This document shows positions 37,231 to 51,300 of a stretch of DNA of 64,000 nucleotides, piece after piece. Origin of the DNA: Catajapyx aquilonaris (taxonomy: Eukaryota). Positions within the stretch are counted from its first letter, which is position 1, and every line of letters starts with the position of its first letter. The notes beneath the pieces are model-generated. The model saw only the letters and a list, made by a program, of their open reading frames with translations. It did no database searches and was not told the origin of the DNA. The stretch spans positions 1 through 64,000 of the forward strand of contig KZ538429.1 in the NCBI GenBank assembly GCA_000934665.2, given 5' to 3'. The translations under genes were made by a program, and so were the position numbers.

Positions 37231-40200
37231 CCACTCTGCTGGCAGGTATATGCCTTCCTGCGGCCTTCCTGAGAGTTGCATTTATGTCAATTATCGTGCA
37301 TTTTTTCATGGTTACCTTAACAAATTGATGCCGGTATCGTTCTTATGGCATCAAAGTACAAGTGTTTACATCATACAGAGCAGACTGACCATTAGAAAAA
37401 TGCTTTTNAGGTCACACCGGTACACTCGTGAATGACCAAGATGTAGCCCCCCCCCCCCAGACACTAACATTTCTTATCGCACTCAGTTATCGTTGTATAT
37501 CGCACTCAGTTATCGTTTTACCGATAACACGTGACTTACAAGACAAAATGACATTTCCCATCCTGCCCATGCGTGTACAGGTGAAATTACCACACATGGC
37601 CGCACCACCAATTACGTTAGGTCGTTGATCGTACCGAGGACCTTGACGGAGTTTTCAATCGGGCTCCAGCAACAAGGATCGAGAAAATAGGGTGTCTTAC
37701 GCAAGAAAAAGGATGCGTTTCCCACACAAAAGGAACGCCGGCCGCAAAATTGCAGTCCTCCAGACGAGATTCCTGCGCAAAGGTTAAAAGGAAAGGCCTT
37801 CGTCGTGTCGTGTTACCATAATTGGGGGTCCACTTTTTTGCGTAACCTGTTCCTTACCATCCTATCATTCGATGCCCAAGTGCCGACCAAATATTTTTTA
37901 CCTGTACAGTGTACACCTATATACACAGGGTATTGCACAACTCATTGATCCGAATGCCCCTTGTCACAAAATAGCGCAATGGCATTTATTTTAAATCATT
38001 TGTAAATTAAAGTATTTTATTTATTTTACCACAGATGATCTGTTCGTTAAATTGTTGAAATAGTTTCTTTTTACGAGCAAATATGACGGTTGGCATATTC
38101 TGGGTTAATTGCAAGCGGCACTATTTTATCTGCTGTTGAGACACTCGAGCAACAATAAAACCCAGGAAGTGCCATATATATTTTAACTTGCCCTTCAGAA
38201 GATTCGCCTTACACGCTGATTTACGTATCTGCACATTCCGTCATGCTAATCCGCGGGTGGTACACCATTTACGGCGCAATATTCCAATGACAAATTGATA
38301 TGACTCCGATGGTTGGTAGGCAGACTTGCAAACAAGCCTGAGGCCATTTTTAAACGATACCTATTGCAATTAGACAACAATACGCCCCAACACGCGGAAA
38401 GTCAAGGTTGTTGCCTTGCAAGGTTATCGCACGTCCAAGGCGAGAGAATATGTCACGACTTACTGAGAATGTGTTTTTGTTGGGCAGCATCTGTTATCGC
38501 TCCCAGGCATTCGCTTGTTTCGCCTACACTACCACCTCTCAAAATAATGTGTATTTCCAGCCCCCTGGGGGCCCTAACCCCTTTCATTTCCTGATGCCAA
38601 ACCGTTGTATCCCAGTGCAACAGCCTTGGATCTCTCCGGATGCTAAAATAAATGGTGTAAAGGTACGCGGCTCGCATTACAAGCCGCTCGTAATGCTACC
38701 AACGACCGGTAATAATGTAAATGCGACGAAGAAAAATTTGCTGATTTCATACACTATTTGCAAACGCACAAACAAAGATATTGACACAAATTACAAACAT
38801 ATGAAATCAGCAGGTCTAGTTGACCAATAACGTGTCTAATAAACAAGCCAATGTTATCATATCCCTCCAGGATATTGCCATATCTGCGGTTCATACAGCT
38901 TAATACAGTGCAGGCGCGCACTTTTAAAAAATGCAATCATGTCACGTTTTTGTAATCATTCCCTCCTGTTGTATTTGTTGAAAACAAGTTCTGGAACCGA
39001 CACTGTACCCGCATTATCTTCAGTATATAGGCATCCGCTCACCCAGATATAGTTGGAGGAAAAACTACAAGAGTCCAAGGCTCCTCAACACCCACACTGA
39101 CCTCAAACTATTCCTGGCTCGATTGCAAGATTGATAGCAATCTTTTTCTCTCAGCATAGTTTCGCCTATCTCAGGTTTACCAGATCAGGTTTTCAGATTC
39201 CCCACCTTCCCCTTTCCTCCCCACCTTTGTGTCTGTCACTAGCTGTCCTTACCCTCCCTCCCGAATTAAAGGCTCACTTTTCAAGGAAGCACATACAAAG
39301 GGAAACAGCACGGCCTTAAAAATCAGGTAGAGCTGGTACCTGGATACGGTCCAAAAGGTTCCCCAAGCCATCTGCAAAAAGGAAGTCAGAAAGGAGGAAA
39401 AAGTGCCCAACCTGGAGCCAAAGTAGAAGAAACGGAGCGTGGAATCGACCACAAGGCAAGAAAACCAACCAACCAACCAACCAACCGAGCCTATGAGGGT
39501 CTCAAAACTGTTCCTCTTCCTTTGGAATATAATTGTCCTTATGTATCGTTCGTGCGTTCAGGATGCAGGTACGACTAATAAAGACTTGGTCACATCCTCC
39601 GGGAGGGAACGCCTGTATATTGCTCTTACCAAGGGTAATGACTGCTATTCCGGAAAAATATTCCGATTCGCTCAAGTTTGCCTGTAAACAGATTTAGCCA
39701 AACTTAGGTTGCGACACTGCACATGTGGCTCCCATCCCAGACAACATAAACCGTGACCTTGCGTACCAGTAAATTGTACGGATTTGTACCCACGTGCCAC
39801 ACAAGTCATGCTCCATACTATATATCAACCAAATGTCAAAAATATTCGCCATTACATATGCCCATGCTTATAGGCTGTGGACGTAGGGAGTCGGATAACG
39901 GCGATTTTCAAACCTGGCCAGGATGCATGATATCCATGACCTTGGCCAAGAAATTTTTGCGATTACGGGTCCGTCTCCTAGAAACTTATTGAAAATGAGC
40001 ATGAATAATGTAGGTCACATCATAGATATCGGAATACTATGCTATGGTATGTAATAGTATTCAGATATCTATGCGGGTCACATGCATATTGACTGTTCTG
40101 ATTGGGAGGCAGGATAACATTAATGTGCCTCATCAATTTTGCGATTGGCGAATTGAAAAGATGCATATCAAGGAACATCTTTCACCTACGAATTTGCGTC

Positions 40201-41979
40201 TCTATTTTCTATTAAAATATATTAATATCGTGGAATTTGCTCACGGTGAAATTTTGGCAATGACCTCTTTTCCACTAGTTCTCTTCACACCGTCGGAATT
40301 CCTCCGACTCCTCCCAGCCCTCACCATGGAGGATTCGTTGACTAATCCACTCCATGTTGAAGCCTGCCATCCATCAACTCTCTCCGCCATCTGAGTCCTT
40401 CCTTGATTCCAAAAATACTTCTATTCTAACCCGTTAATGAGACCACTCAACAGCAATCACGCATTTTTGAGGACATCACAACGACGAGTGACGTCAATGG
40501 CTAAAAGGTCCATGAACTGAATAAGCAAAACCCCTTTTCCTGTCTTTGTTCGTCACATCAAAACGCGTTTGATTCAAATCCAGACTAGAGTGGGGTGAAT
40601 AACAATTTTTCAACATTTTTTTTATTTATTTAGGAAAATGGGAAAAAGCGAGGCCAAACAGTAGCCATTGAGGGGAATATTATCCGAGTGCGTGGCTGGA
40701 CCGCCATGTTTCAACCCTATAATAACACTATAATTCTCATCGGCAGCCTTGACGTTATATTATCTGGAGTGAAGCTACAACTAGAGACACGCAATGCAAC
40801 GCAGTATATCATGAACATTTGGGGCTGGGAAACGGATCGTATGTCCCAGGCAATTTCTTGACAAGCAAAACAGAGCCTCGGGATAACAACAAAATTAGCC
40901 TAGGGCAATCTACGTCCGTGTAGAAATGTGTAATGTCGATACGTCGTAAGTTGGGTCCAACCTTGGTTAAATTTCACACCAGTACAACATAGTGTAAATT
41001 GGCAATTTGAATGGGCATTTCATCTGCCTGGGGTTCTACTAAGGTTTGCAGTTCTAAACTACACAAATGCCTTAGTAACGACTTGATTGTACATTTGTAC
41101 ACGGAAGTGCAACTCACAAAGTTGAAGCACGCAGACATTTCCACCGATTCGTGAATTTGAGAAGGTGAAAAATGACTAGTTGCTACAAATTTTTCACTTT
41201 GTGTTTGTTGGCAGGGCATCCAGTTGCAGAAAAATGCGGTCTGAGGATGTTATCCACACGAAACCAGGACTAGCCTGAATCTCCTGGAGCGGCGACTTGA
41301 TGAATGACTGCGGATTTTCACGTGTACTAAGGGGGAGGAAGTCTGCGAAACACGTATCAGCAACACGAGGACTCCCGAAGTTGACCTATTCCAGCACGTA
41401 CATTCTGCAACTTCAAGGATGGTATGGGGGGAAAGTAGTCAATTGCTATCAGTATCTCTTCGTACACAACCTTAGTTGATCTGGTAGCGGACCAGTTATT
41501 TCACCTGGCAAAAATCCGTCAGGTATAGTGTATGATGTGAAGGCTGATACCCAAGGCTGTGCGCAGATTCCAAGCTTCAGAGAATGTAACATCTTGCCGA
41601 GGACACACCTGACATGGTGTCACGCGTTTCAACATTTGCCGATTGTGTTTTCAGACTCTGGAACAATCGGCAACTAGCTACATTTCCATTGTAAATTATA
41701 TTTTTCCCTACGTGTTGTAGCTTCCGTTCCTAACAGCCGCGGACACAACTCTAAAATTTGACCAGCCCCACTCCCTTGGAAACGCTATTCAAAATACAAG
41801 CTGAAGAGTTATGAGTCATAAAATTTCGGCTTGTGAAAACATTTTCATGGGTCATCAACTTTTTTTAAGCTCTTTCTCGGTGAAAAATTCTGAGTAACCT
41901 CTCTCCAGGTTAGAAAAGCACCTCACACACGCACACCGAAAAAGAAAAACATCCTTGGCAAATGAACGTGTGTACTCAC

Positions 41980-42206
41980 CACTCCCTTCCCTATAGGATG
42001 ATGCCCTTTTGCAACTGAGAGCCTCTTGTTATAAACGTGATTTCCGCCTAAATATACTAGAGATGGCTCCGTGCCTTCGATGATTATCTACCGAGAAGAC
42101 TTTCGCAATATTCTTTTTCGGTTCGAGGATCGATGATTAATTTTGGTCGGTCTTAAAAGTTTGCGGAAATTTCGCTTAACTTGCCGACAGCTAAGAATTG
42201 CGACAC
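41980..42206 (-). other. Candidate non-coding (5' UTR) exon of smash/LMO7
   Basis: Pyrimidine-rich acceptor ..cttcttctctcatccacattgtactcag and donor GTG|gtgagt; stops in all three frames. Confidence 0.4.
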
Positions 42207-45200
42207 CTGAGTACAATGTGGATGAGAGAAGAAGACAAGTGAAAAGTCATTGCGCTGCTAAAAGGTCTCGGACGGGTGAGAACCAAAGAATCCCATGTGG
42301 AAAAAAGGAGTAAACCTCCTCAGGGGGCAATGCCACTCCTTTCGCACATGCACACACACAAACCAAAATAATTGTCTGGCTATCACTCGCCATGCTTTGC
42401 TCTTCTTTCGTGGTCGTACAGACCGGCAGTGTGTACCCACGTGTTCTTACGGAATATTTCCTGGAAATGACTAGGATAGATGGTCGGGTCGTGGACCTCA
42501 ACTAATATCTTCACTCACTGGAGCTTCATTCAACAAAATTATATATAGCCGTTTAATTATGTTTGTTAATTTTCTTCTGGCCGAATTAAATATCTAATTT
42601 CAGTTTAAGCTTTGGATAAATAAGACGTGATCAATAAAGTGGCAATAATGTCCATGTCACTAACTCTTATTCACAAGTGAATAGCACAAAAAATAGTTTA
42701 ATACACCTGGCGTATAGACTATCCCATTATCTCATAATTCCCAGACTACTATCAGAAAAGGAAGAACCATTTTGATGACACTATTGTACGTCAGTGATCA
42801 AAGTTGAAGCATAATCAGTGTTTTAGCTTATATGGCGATATTGCGTTTTGATTAATCACTCCACATCACATGCTTCCTTAGTGCAAAAGTTTCGGTTCTC
42901 CTTCCCAATTGAATGTGACACACAAAAATAGGCTGACTAATCCGTTTCGTCGAGCTTGCCCATTTTTTTGATACAAATTGACGGTATTTTCCTGTCACAT
43001 CGTCAAGGTTACGCACTGCAAGATATGATTCGCAACGCTCTTTCAGGACATTCGCTTGAATAGTGGCTTCCACTGGATTAATATCATATTCTAATAATGG
43101 ATAAAGGAAAGAATTCGTATTGACCGCTGCAGGGAGGGCGGTGACCCTTGACCTTGGATCTAATGGTTCCAATGTAGGCGTCTTACCCTTTAATAATGAT
43201 ATCGTATACATACATTAAATTATTTCCCTTCACATCGTAACATCGAATAATCAAACACGCCTCTCAACATCTGTGGCCTTCGTCTGGCTTACCGTCAAGT
43301 TCAAAAGGATTGTCGCTTGGTTGGCTACGACCCTAACCAAGTTAACACAAAATGGGACCATCAGAAACAATTTCCTGATCGCAGTCCCTCGAGACCTTTC
43401 CCTCACTTTCTCCTGGATCGCAAAACCGACTCTGGGTCACGTACATGGTGTAACATTGGAAGTGCCAAGAGCACATCTTCGGGGGGCCAAATGTCCTAAA
43501 TACCAAAACGCTGCGAGACACACCTACTTCTCATCCTGATATCCCGACCCACAAACTTCGCACACTTGGCTAAGGTTTCCGCACGCAAATGTGACGTGGC
43601 ACTCGAAAGTTTTTTTTATTTTTATTTTATTTTTTAAAGTGGACATGGGAGAAAATGTCCCGTTGCTAAAATTCGCACCTGGATATATTTTTTTAAAGAG
43701 AGACCAAACCACATTCCTTCCAGTGGAAACCACGTGGGTGGAACGGTGGCAACCGGAAGTGGAAAACCATGGGTACAACAAAAGGAAACGGAAGTGGATC
43801 CTCTTGGACAATCCCGCCCTGCAATGGTCGTTCAACAATTTGCCCTATAGAGTCCCCACAACAAACGACCAGAAGTAGACTGTGAAATTATTTAATAAAT
43901 GAGCACGAATTAAATTTATATTTGGGGCGGAGTCATAAATTATGGTCCACAATAATTTTTTTCCCACTCATTTTTCGAGCATGCACACTTTCCCTTTATT
44001 TTTTTTCCAAACCAGGTCATGAAAACGTGACCAACTCTATATTTGCAAGGAAAAAACGGATAGGTCGTAAAAATCTGTCATAAAAATACAGCATGGCTAT
44101 GGCATAATCCTATTTACTGGTTGGACGCAATGGCTTGCCACTCAGTTACACGTGCTGATATTTTAAGCACCCCACTAATATTTTATAACCGAAGATGGGG
44201 AAATCACAAGCTTCGGTAAGAGATAAGCAGGATGCTGCAGCAACACCACCTCGTCAGTACCGAGCACCCTAATCCAAATCAGCCAATGGTAAGCAGTAAA
44301 TATTAACAATGCCCATTCATTGTTTAGATCATGTGGCTTGGATGTGGCTGGCCAACCCCCCAAAAAATATGTCGCATTAACCCATTTATTTAATAATTTT
44401 TATATTTTAATTTAAAAGATTTGATAAACATTTTTATTTATTTACTGAGGCATTTGTGTTAAATTTTTTACAATTTATTTCAGCAAATAAAGAACATAAT
44501 GACTGTACAAGTGGACGGTAGGCATACATCTGGATTAATAAATGATCCTAAATGTCCAATTTTCTCATCCAGAAGCCCATTAGCGTTGAACTTATCGTAC
44601 GTATACGCTACAAAATGTGAGTACCTTATTCCTTGCTTATTCCCCTTGTGAAGCGTAAAAAAATGTCCAATTGATGTGCACCCACATTTCTCCCAAGTTG
44701 CCAATTCACGTGCCAAATTGCTCCCAGTCGGACCAAACCGGGCATGCAAGAACTTAATTCGGACGGTAGTTACTTCCGCACTGGTAGTTTCACCACACAG
44801 GTAGTGCACCATAATTTAGCCTTAATTTTCTCACGCATGCCTCGGCAATTACATCCGAGAGACTCCCAGCAGATGCCAGTTCCGCTTGTCTACCCCTCTT
44901 TCTTGTCTCTGTCATCTTAGACCCATCTCCTCCAGGTATAAAAAAGTGTTCACTCACACTGTCCATCGTTTTTTTTCAGTGTAGGCCTACCTCTGCTGCA
45001 GGAAATGCTGACCATTTTTTTGGGACAATGTCAGGAAGTCATTCCGCATGAATACTTCCCATGCACCATGTGTGTATTTATAGTCGTGACTCCGGGGTAC
45101 CCCTGAAACGAGCTTTGGTTACATCCTCTCACATGCGTGGAATAGGAGAGGTTAATGCTTTCCAGGAGCTGGTCCCAGTGGCAGATTACATATGAAAAAA

Positions 45201-47652
45201 GGAGTCATCAACCGCAGCATCACATCTCCAGTGGCGGACATTTTGTCCCCAAGGTCACATTTTAGATATTATAACTCCGGGCATTATCTTTTCTAACTTG
45301 TTCAATTGGTTATTGACACAATGGAATTTACTTTTAAATTTTAGGATCAGGCCCTGCCATATGTGTGCTCCTTACGTGATGAAACTTCGGGGCAAAGATA
45401 GGAAAAAAGTGAAAGAGGCAAATTACACGCCCGCCAGTCCGATTTAAGGTCTCCAATCAGATTCTCGATTTCCACGGACATTTTCCATCCAATTGCCCGA
45501 CAGCCAAAAACCTTCACCTGGAACATTCCAAGTGGAGATTGATCGTAATTTTCTATTATCTATGCCCCCCTCCCCCCCATCTCAAACCCTTTTTTCTCTC
45601 ACCGCCTTTCCAACCCTGCAACTGGGGGCCACAGAAATATCTCACAGGACACTGGGTAAATGGGTCGTTATGAATATGTCGATTGTTTAACGCATGCAAA
45701 ACAAGTCATGGTCTACATATCTCCGAGGGACATTCTTCCAGGTGAAAAGTAATAATTATAGTACAATTAAATGACCCAGTCTGGAAATGTGCCTTATTTA
45801 ATAATATTTGCATTAAAATTAACGGAGCCCTTATGACACAACGAGGCCTATTTGAATGTCAGGTATGGTATTGTAATATAAAATATGAAAGACACTCGGG
45901 GGATGCCAGCATGAGTCACACGTACTATTCAGGGTAATTACGGTGGAACCTGCATGACTAAAACGCACGCGAATTTTAAAGCCACCAACTACATGTGGAG
46001 AATATGCAACATCACACTCATCCTATAACAATCCATCAGAAACCTATCTACAAGCCTGGAATGCAGATATGATACGCATTATCTGTCTATTATCAATAAC
46101 CACATTTTGCAGTGCAAAACCGGAATTATTTGCGCCTTTATTTATACCAGTTTCATAGCTGACTTTATACGCTCCATAAAATTTTGGCGACTTACATCCC
46201 CTGGTGTTCACCTACTCAAAATGGCAAGTACACATAATCTGCCCAATAAATCCGTCAGTTTGGTGGAAATAAAAATCCGGCGCGCGCGCACACACACACA
46301 CACAAGCCCAAAAATGCCTATGCATCCCGTTATGCGACTGCGACAGGAGAAAAGCAGTCTAACTGTATTTATTCGACTGTGGATGACGGGTTTTCCACAG
46401 GTCACATTCCAATAAAGAGTGACGGTCTTGACAGCGAGTGAGGCCATTCCATGTGTTTTGTGGCCTACGCAACGCCCTTTACCACCAGCCAGGCCTCTTT
46501 TGCCCATCTAGGCTCCCAAAAGGCACTGGCCCGGCCTGACCTTGCCGCAGGGAAGGGCGGAAAATGAGCTCATAAAAAATGCTGAAGGAGGTGGGGGAAC
46601 TCAAAGAAGAAGAAGAAAAAAAAAGAAACAAAAATGAACCTCCCAAAAGGAGAAGTTTGCCCCCTCCCCAACCCTGCATCTTTGTCGCTCCAAACATCTG
46701 GAATGCTCTTTTGCTACTATAGAGGTTGGAAATATTGGAAAATGTCGGATGAAATAATCGACATCAATTGTCAGTTTACCTGGCCAGGTGCGCGAGAGAT
46801 TCAACAATGCGTGGGTAATTTACACGGCAGGTTCCCAGTGTGACACGTACATAATGGGGATTAACTATCTAACAAAAAAAAATCCGAATTATTTCTCACC
46901 GATTACATGGGGCAGGAAACAAAGCAAAATTACCGTATAGGTCGGAGCGGTTATTGTGTTTGTCACACATTGGAATGTGAATGATTACAAAATTGCACGC
47001 TCCACCAACGCAATACTAACATTCTGTGTCGCCATTAATGAATGCCCGGATATGTGACTAATTAGCGCCATATCACACTATTCGAAACGATGCGGAAATC
47101 TTTTATGACAATGCCCACCGTTAGGAGGTTGATAACACCTATAAAAATTCCTCGGCGTTCCGCTTCATAACCCAAAATATTGCGCACATGTGACCTTTTG
47201 AAGAGTACACAATGTAGCCAAACGACTAAATATGTGTCACGCACGATGAACAGGTTTCAAAACTTACCAGCTCGTTGAAAAAATTCCTGGGTGACCCCCC
47301 CGAAGGCGTCGCACACAAAACACCGACTATAAAGCAGCTAAGAACAGGAGGCGTGACAACAATAGTCCTAAAGTATTGTTTTCTATCACCTGAGACTCTA
47401 CAAATAACTAGAGTCTCAGGTAAGACAAAACCACCCCACCAGCACAAGAGCTGTCTGCAGACTGGAGCAAGCCAAGCACAGGCCAGGTTCAGTCGTGCGT
47501 GGCCCCCTCCTTTCAACCCTCCAATCCCCTCCTCCAGACCCCCTAAACACGCCATCTCCCCTCACCCCAACCATCCTCCAATCTCCCCACCAGTATGGCG
47601 CCTACGTCACGTCCTTGCACCTACATGTGAATGCGGTTCTCATCACTACTCC

Positions 47653-47717
<65 letters not shown>
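47653..47717. repeat. (AAT)n microsatellite
   Basis: Directly visible. Confidence 0.95.
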
Positions 47718-47997
47718 GATTCAGAGGTTTAACGAAATTATTTTTAGCAGAAATTGCTATGTTGTTTATGTATTTACATTGTTTTGATAAGTTAGCTTGC
47801 GTCAAGTACTGTAATGACAATATCATATCAGAATGATCACGTAACGAGCACGACGAGACACCTCTTCTGTCGTGCAATAAAATATACTGTACAGTACATT
47901 CGTCCTAGTCAAAGGGGTGCAACAATGTTACGCAATATTATCTCAACAACAATGAATTACAGCAGCATAATAATAGTTCCATAAATAACCTTAATAA

Positions 47998-48189
47998 AGG
48001 TGCGTTTACATATGAGCGATTTGACGAGCGAAGTCCGCCGCGCTGAGTAACCCGAGTAATCAGTATTGTTTGAGGGGAAAATCGATTGTTACTTTCACCT
48101 CAAACAATATTGCTTACTCGGGTTTACTCAGCGATGTTATCGCTCGGCGAAGACTTCGCTCGTCAAATCGCTCACATGTAAACGCACCT
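47998..48189. mobile_element. PIF/Harbinger-like palindromic MITE
   Basis: Near-complete hairpin aggtgcgtttacat..gagcgatttgacgagcgaagtc / gacttcgctcgtcaaatcgctc..atgtaaacgcacct; TAA TSD. Confidence 0.85.
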
Positions 48190-48192
48190 TAA

Positions 48193-48304
48193 GGCTGAGT
48201 TGCACCTTTAAGGCTTGTTCTTATTATTCATTGTTGGCTAATTGTTGCCAACAATAGCGTAATAAATTCTAGGTCGAAAGACTATACAGCGGTGCAACCC
48301 AGGC
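48193..48304. mobile_element. Second small Harbinger-like MITE abutting the first
   Basis: Imperfect TIR ggctgagttgcacc / ggtgcaacccaggc; shares the TAA at 48190-48192. Confidence 0.5.
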
Positions 48305-51300
48305 TGAAACAATAAAAATAGGTACGGTATTTCAGGCTCTCTCGCAATTTTGCGCGCATAATTACGTCTCATTTTTAAAATTTATTCGTGTTGTATGTTC
48401 TATTCTATTTCTATTTATTTTTATTTATTCGTATTTATTGAATCATATTACTTGTAAGTTGTAACTGAAGGTACTGGAATTGACTGTGTATCACACTTGA
48501 CAAATTCCTGCTTATGCACTAGCAAAATGTTTGATGCCACATGAGGTATTTTTGTCGGTACAATACTGCGTACCGTATTAATATGCACTGTCCTAATAAT
48601 ATTGCCTGTCTAGGCTATTTGATGTGCCTATACAGTCGTACATGCCTCTGGACCACTCTACTGCAATAGCAGCGGCATAAATTTTAACCTTCAGTAGTGA
48701 CAGAATTAACCCTTGCGCAACTGCGACACTAATCGCCACTTTGTTGTGTTCAGGAACCCGGCCTGCAATATGTCAATTGCATTTAGTGAGTTATAATAAG
48801 GATGGCATCTAGTGGCGCCGCCAAGACATGAACATGGTAACATATCCTGACAATTATCTACATATTTACACACTGCTGACGGACAAGTCCATATGTGGGC
48901 ACCACGTGCACTCACATGTTCAGGGTGCAATTTATGATGTGGGCTCTACTACTACAAGTGCGTTAGCCTTTCTCCCACGTCGAAAGTTGTTCCAAATGTC
49001 CCATCAGAATGTCCCAACCCACTCTGGAGGATTCATAATATGTACAAGAAAAAAAGAAATGATGGTCCGAGACAGAGTGATGGGCGAGAGAAAGGGCTTG
49101 TTGGCCAGCTTATATGTTGCTGCACTGCATAACCACTCGTTTCTATGACCTATATAATATGCTTGTGTTTGCAGCCAAGAATTGTCTGGGTATCTGGATT
49201 TCCGGAATGTCTTAATGAGAGGTCGCCAACAGTAAGTCAAGTATCCGCTCATTCAAGCACTTTTTCCCCCTCTCCCACTACCCCATCCTATTCTACTTCT
49301 GCCCTTGTGGACCCAAAATCACAGGAAGTGACTTCCTCTGTAACATGGGGCCTTATTAACGGTGGAAAATAATTGTTCCGTAATTTTATTTTATGTGTAC
49401 AGAAAATTCAGCTGGAGTTTAAAATATTTCTAATTTTAATAATGTTTGCATGAATTTGAACATCATCATATAGGATTATAGGGCTTTCCAAAAATAGGAA
49501 ATCATTCGTGTCTGGGATGAAATTTTGAATTATAAGAATGGTTTTTGAATATCCAGGCGTCATTCACAGCTCGATGAAGTGAGTGTGGGCAACCGAATGT
49601 TTGGGCTGCTCACATGTGAATCAGGGTTGGAAATATTTGTGGACGTGTTCGGGGATGTTGGGAGCCTCTCTTGGCATTCACATGGTTCGTCAGTAGGCTA
49701 TGTTTAATATTCTTACCTACGTTCAAATCAATAGCTAACTAATAATTTTGTTCACTAGCTTCAGTGGTAGGTGAGACATGGTCAGTTGAAGACCCTGTAG
49801 TTACTTTGATTATACTATGATCACCCCGTCTGATCCTAAAGGTAGTGTGTACAGGACGGTTTTAGTAAATATTATTTTACTGATGTTTTATATGTCTAGT
49901 AAGATTACAATCGTTCTGACTTCAGCATGGTTGTGCATAATATTACGTTAAATTAAATTTGCATCCAATTTATACACCGTGTTTGGCATAATCTAACTCG
50001 AGAATTTGCCATATTGTGGGAGATATATAACGCTTAGTCTCAACAGTAGCATTGATAATATACAGGTCAAACGAGGGGAGATTGTGCCACCTTTGGAGGT
50101 TTTCCTTGCAAGCAAACTAGAGTATTTGATATATCGGAACGGATATTTTATACAATATTGCTGCACATCTCACCTTTCAGATCATACGTGAAAATTATTT
50201 GTCAGTAGGCCTACCTCGGTCGCAGTCGGTTCGATCAGGTTCGATGTTCTCTTTCGTCGCAGTGACTATAGTGGCGCTGGTTGCAATATTATTTTTGTTA
50301 CATCCAATTATATCTACTCTTTTTTTCATCGCAAAATGTTAGACCTGATTTCCCCCAAAGCCTCCCACCGATCTTCTTCAGGTAAACTCCTCTCATTCTG
50401 TCACACATGAAAATCAGTGAACTAATTGGAAAAAAAACAGTGGCACAATCTCTTCTCGTCAAGTCCCTATTTTTCATTCATTGCGGGTCATAGCTCAAGA
50501 ACAAATGCAGATTTAAAAACCATCAACTCGTATTTACTACCTTCATTAATGTGTTTATCGAAATATTAACTTACCTGGTAACGAGAAGCAATAACCAGCT
50601 ACTCACGGCAACCAACACTATAGGCCTACCACCAAGTGCAAAACTTGACGAAAATAAAAATTTCAACAACAGTTTATTTTACGGGCCTTATAGCAACAAA
50701 TCACGAATTCTCTTCGTGATTGTCAACCTTGTATACATTTATCAATGTAATGGAATATGCCTAATTTCGCTAGATTACGCTTGCTGCCAGTAGGGTGCGT
50801 CGTTGTCCCAAAAAATGCTCTGGCGCAATCTCCCCCCGTTTGACGGTATAGTGTGCATCAAAGTTACCCTACAAGTTGTAGACGAGAAACGAATATCGAT
50901 TGTGTACGGAGGTATTTTTTGTGGCACAAGGCGATCAGAACAATTTCTGGTTATGATAGCTACGTATAGGTTATACCACATTAAATATTTTATGAGCTCT
51001 CGCAGTAACTTTGACCGGTGACCTTTCCACACACTGTTCACGAGAACGTGGCGTCTAATAATAAAAAATCCAAGTCCCCATGTAGCTTCCATCCTTAACT
51101 GATCGCGACTACCTGCCGCAGCATCCAGACCAATACTGAATAATTCATAGCATGAAAACAGATATCCACGAGGCTGCTGCAAAGAATAGGAGCTGTCTCA
51201 AGCTTCCAAAGAGCACGTTAGTGAATTAACATGCGACCACCCCCACAAAAAACATGACCTTTTCGGCTTTTTGATAAGAAGGACAAAATGGAAAGTGAAC

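Noticed and set aside
37475..37517. 20-bp direct repeat tatcgcactcagttatcgtt
   Set aside because: Only two copies with a 3-nt spacer; a simple local duplication, not an array
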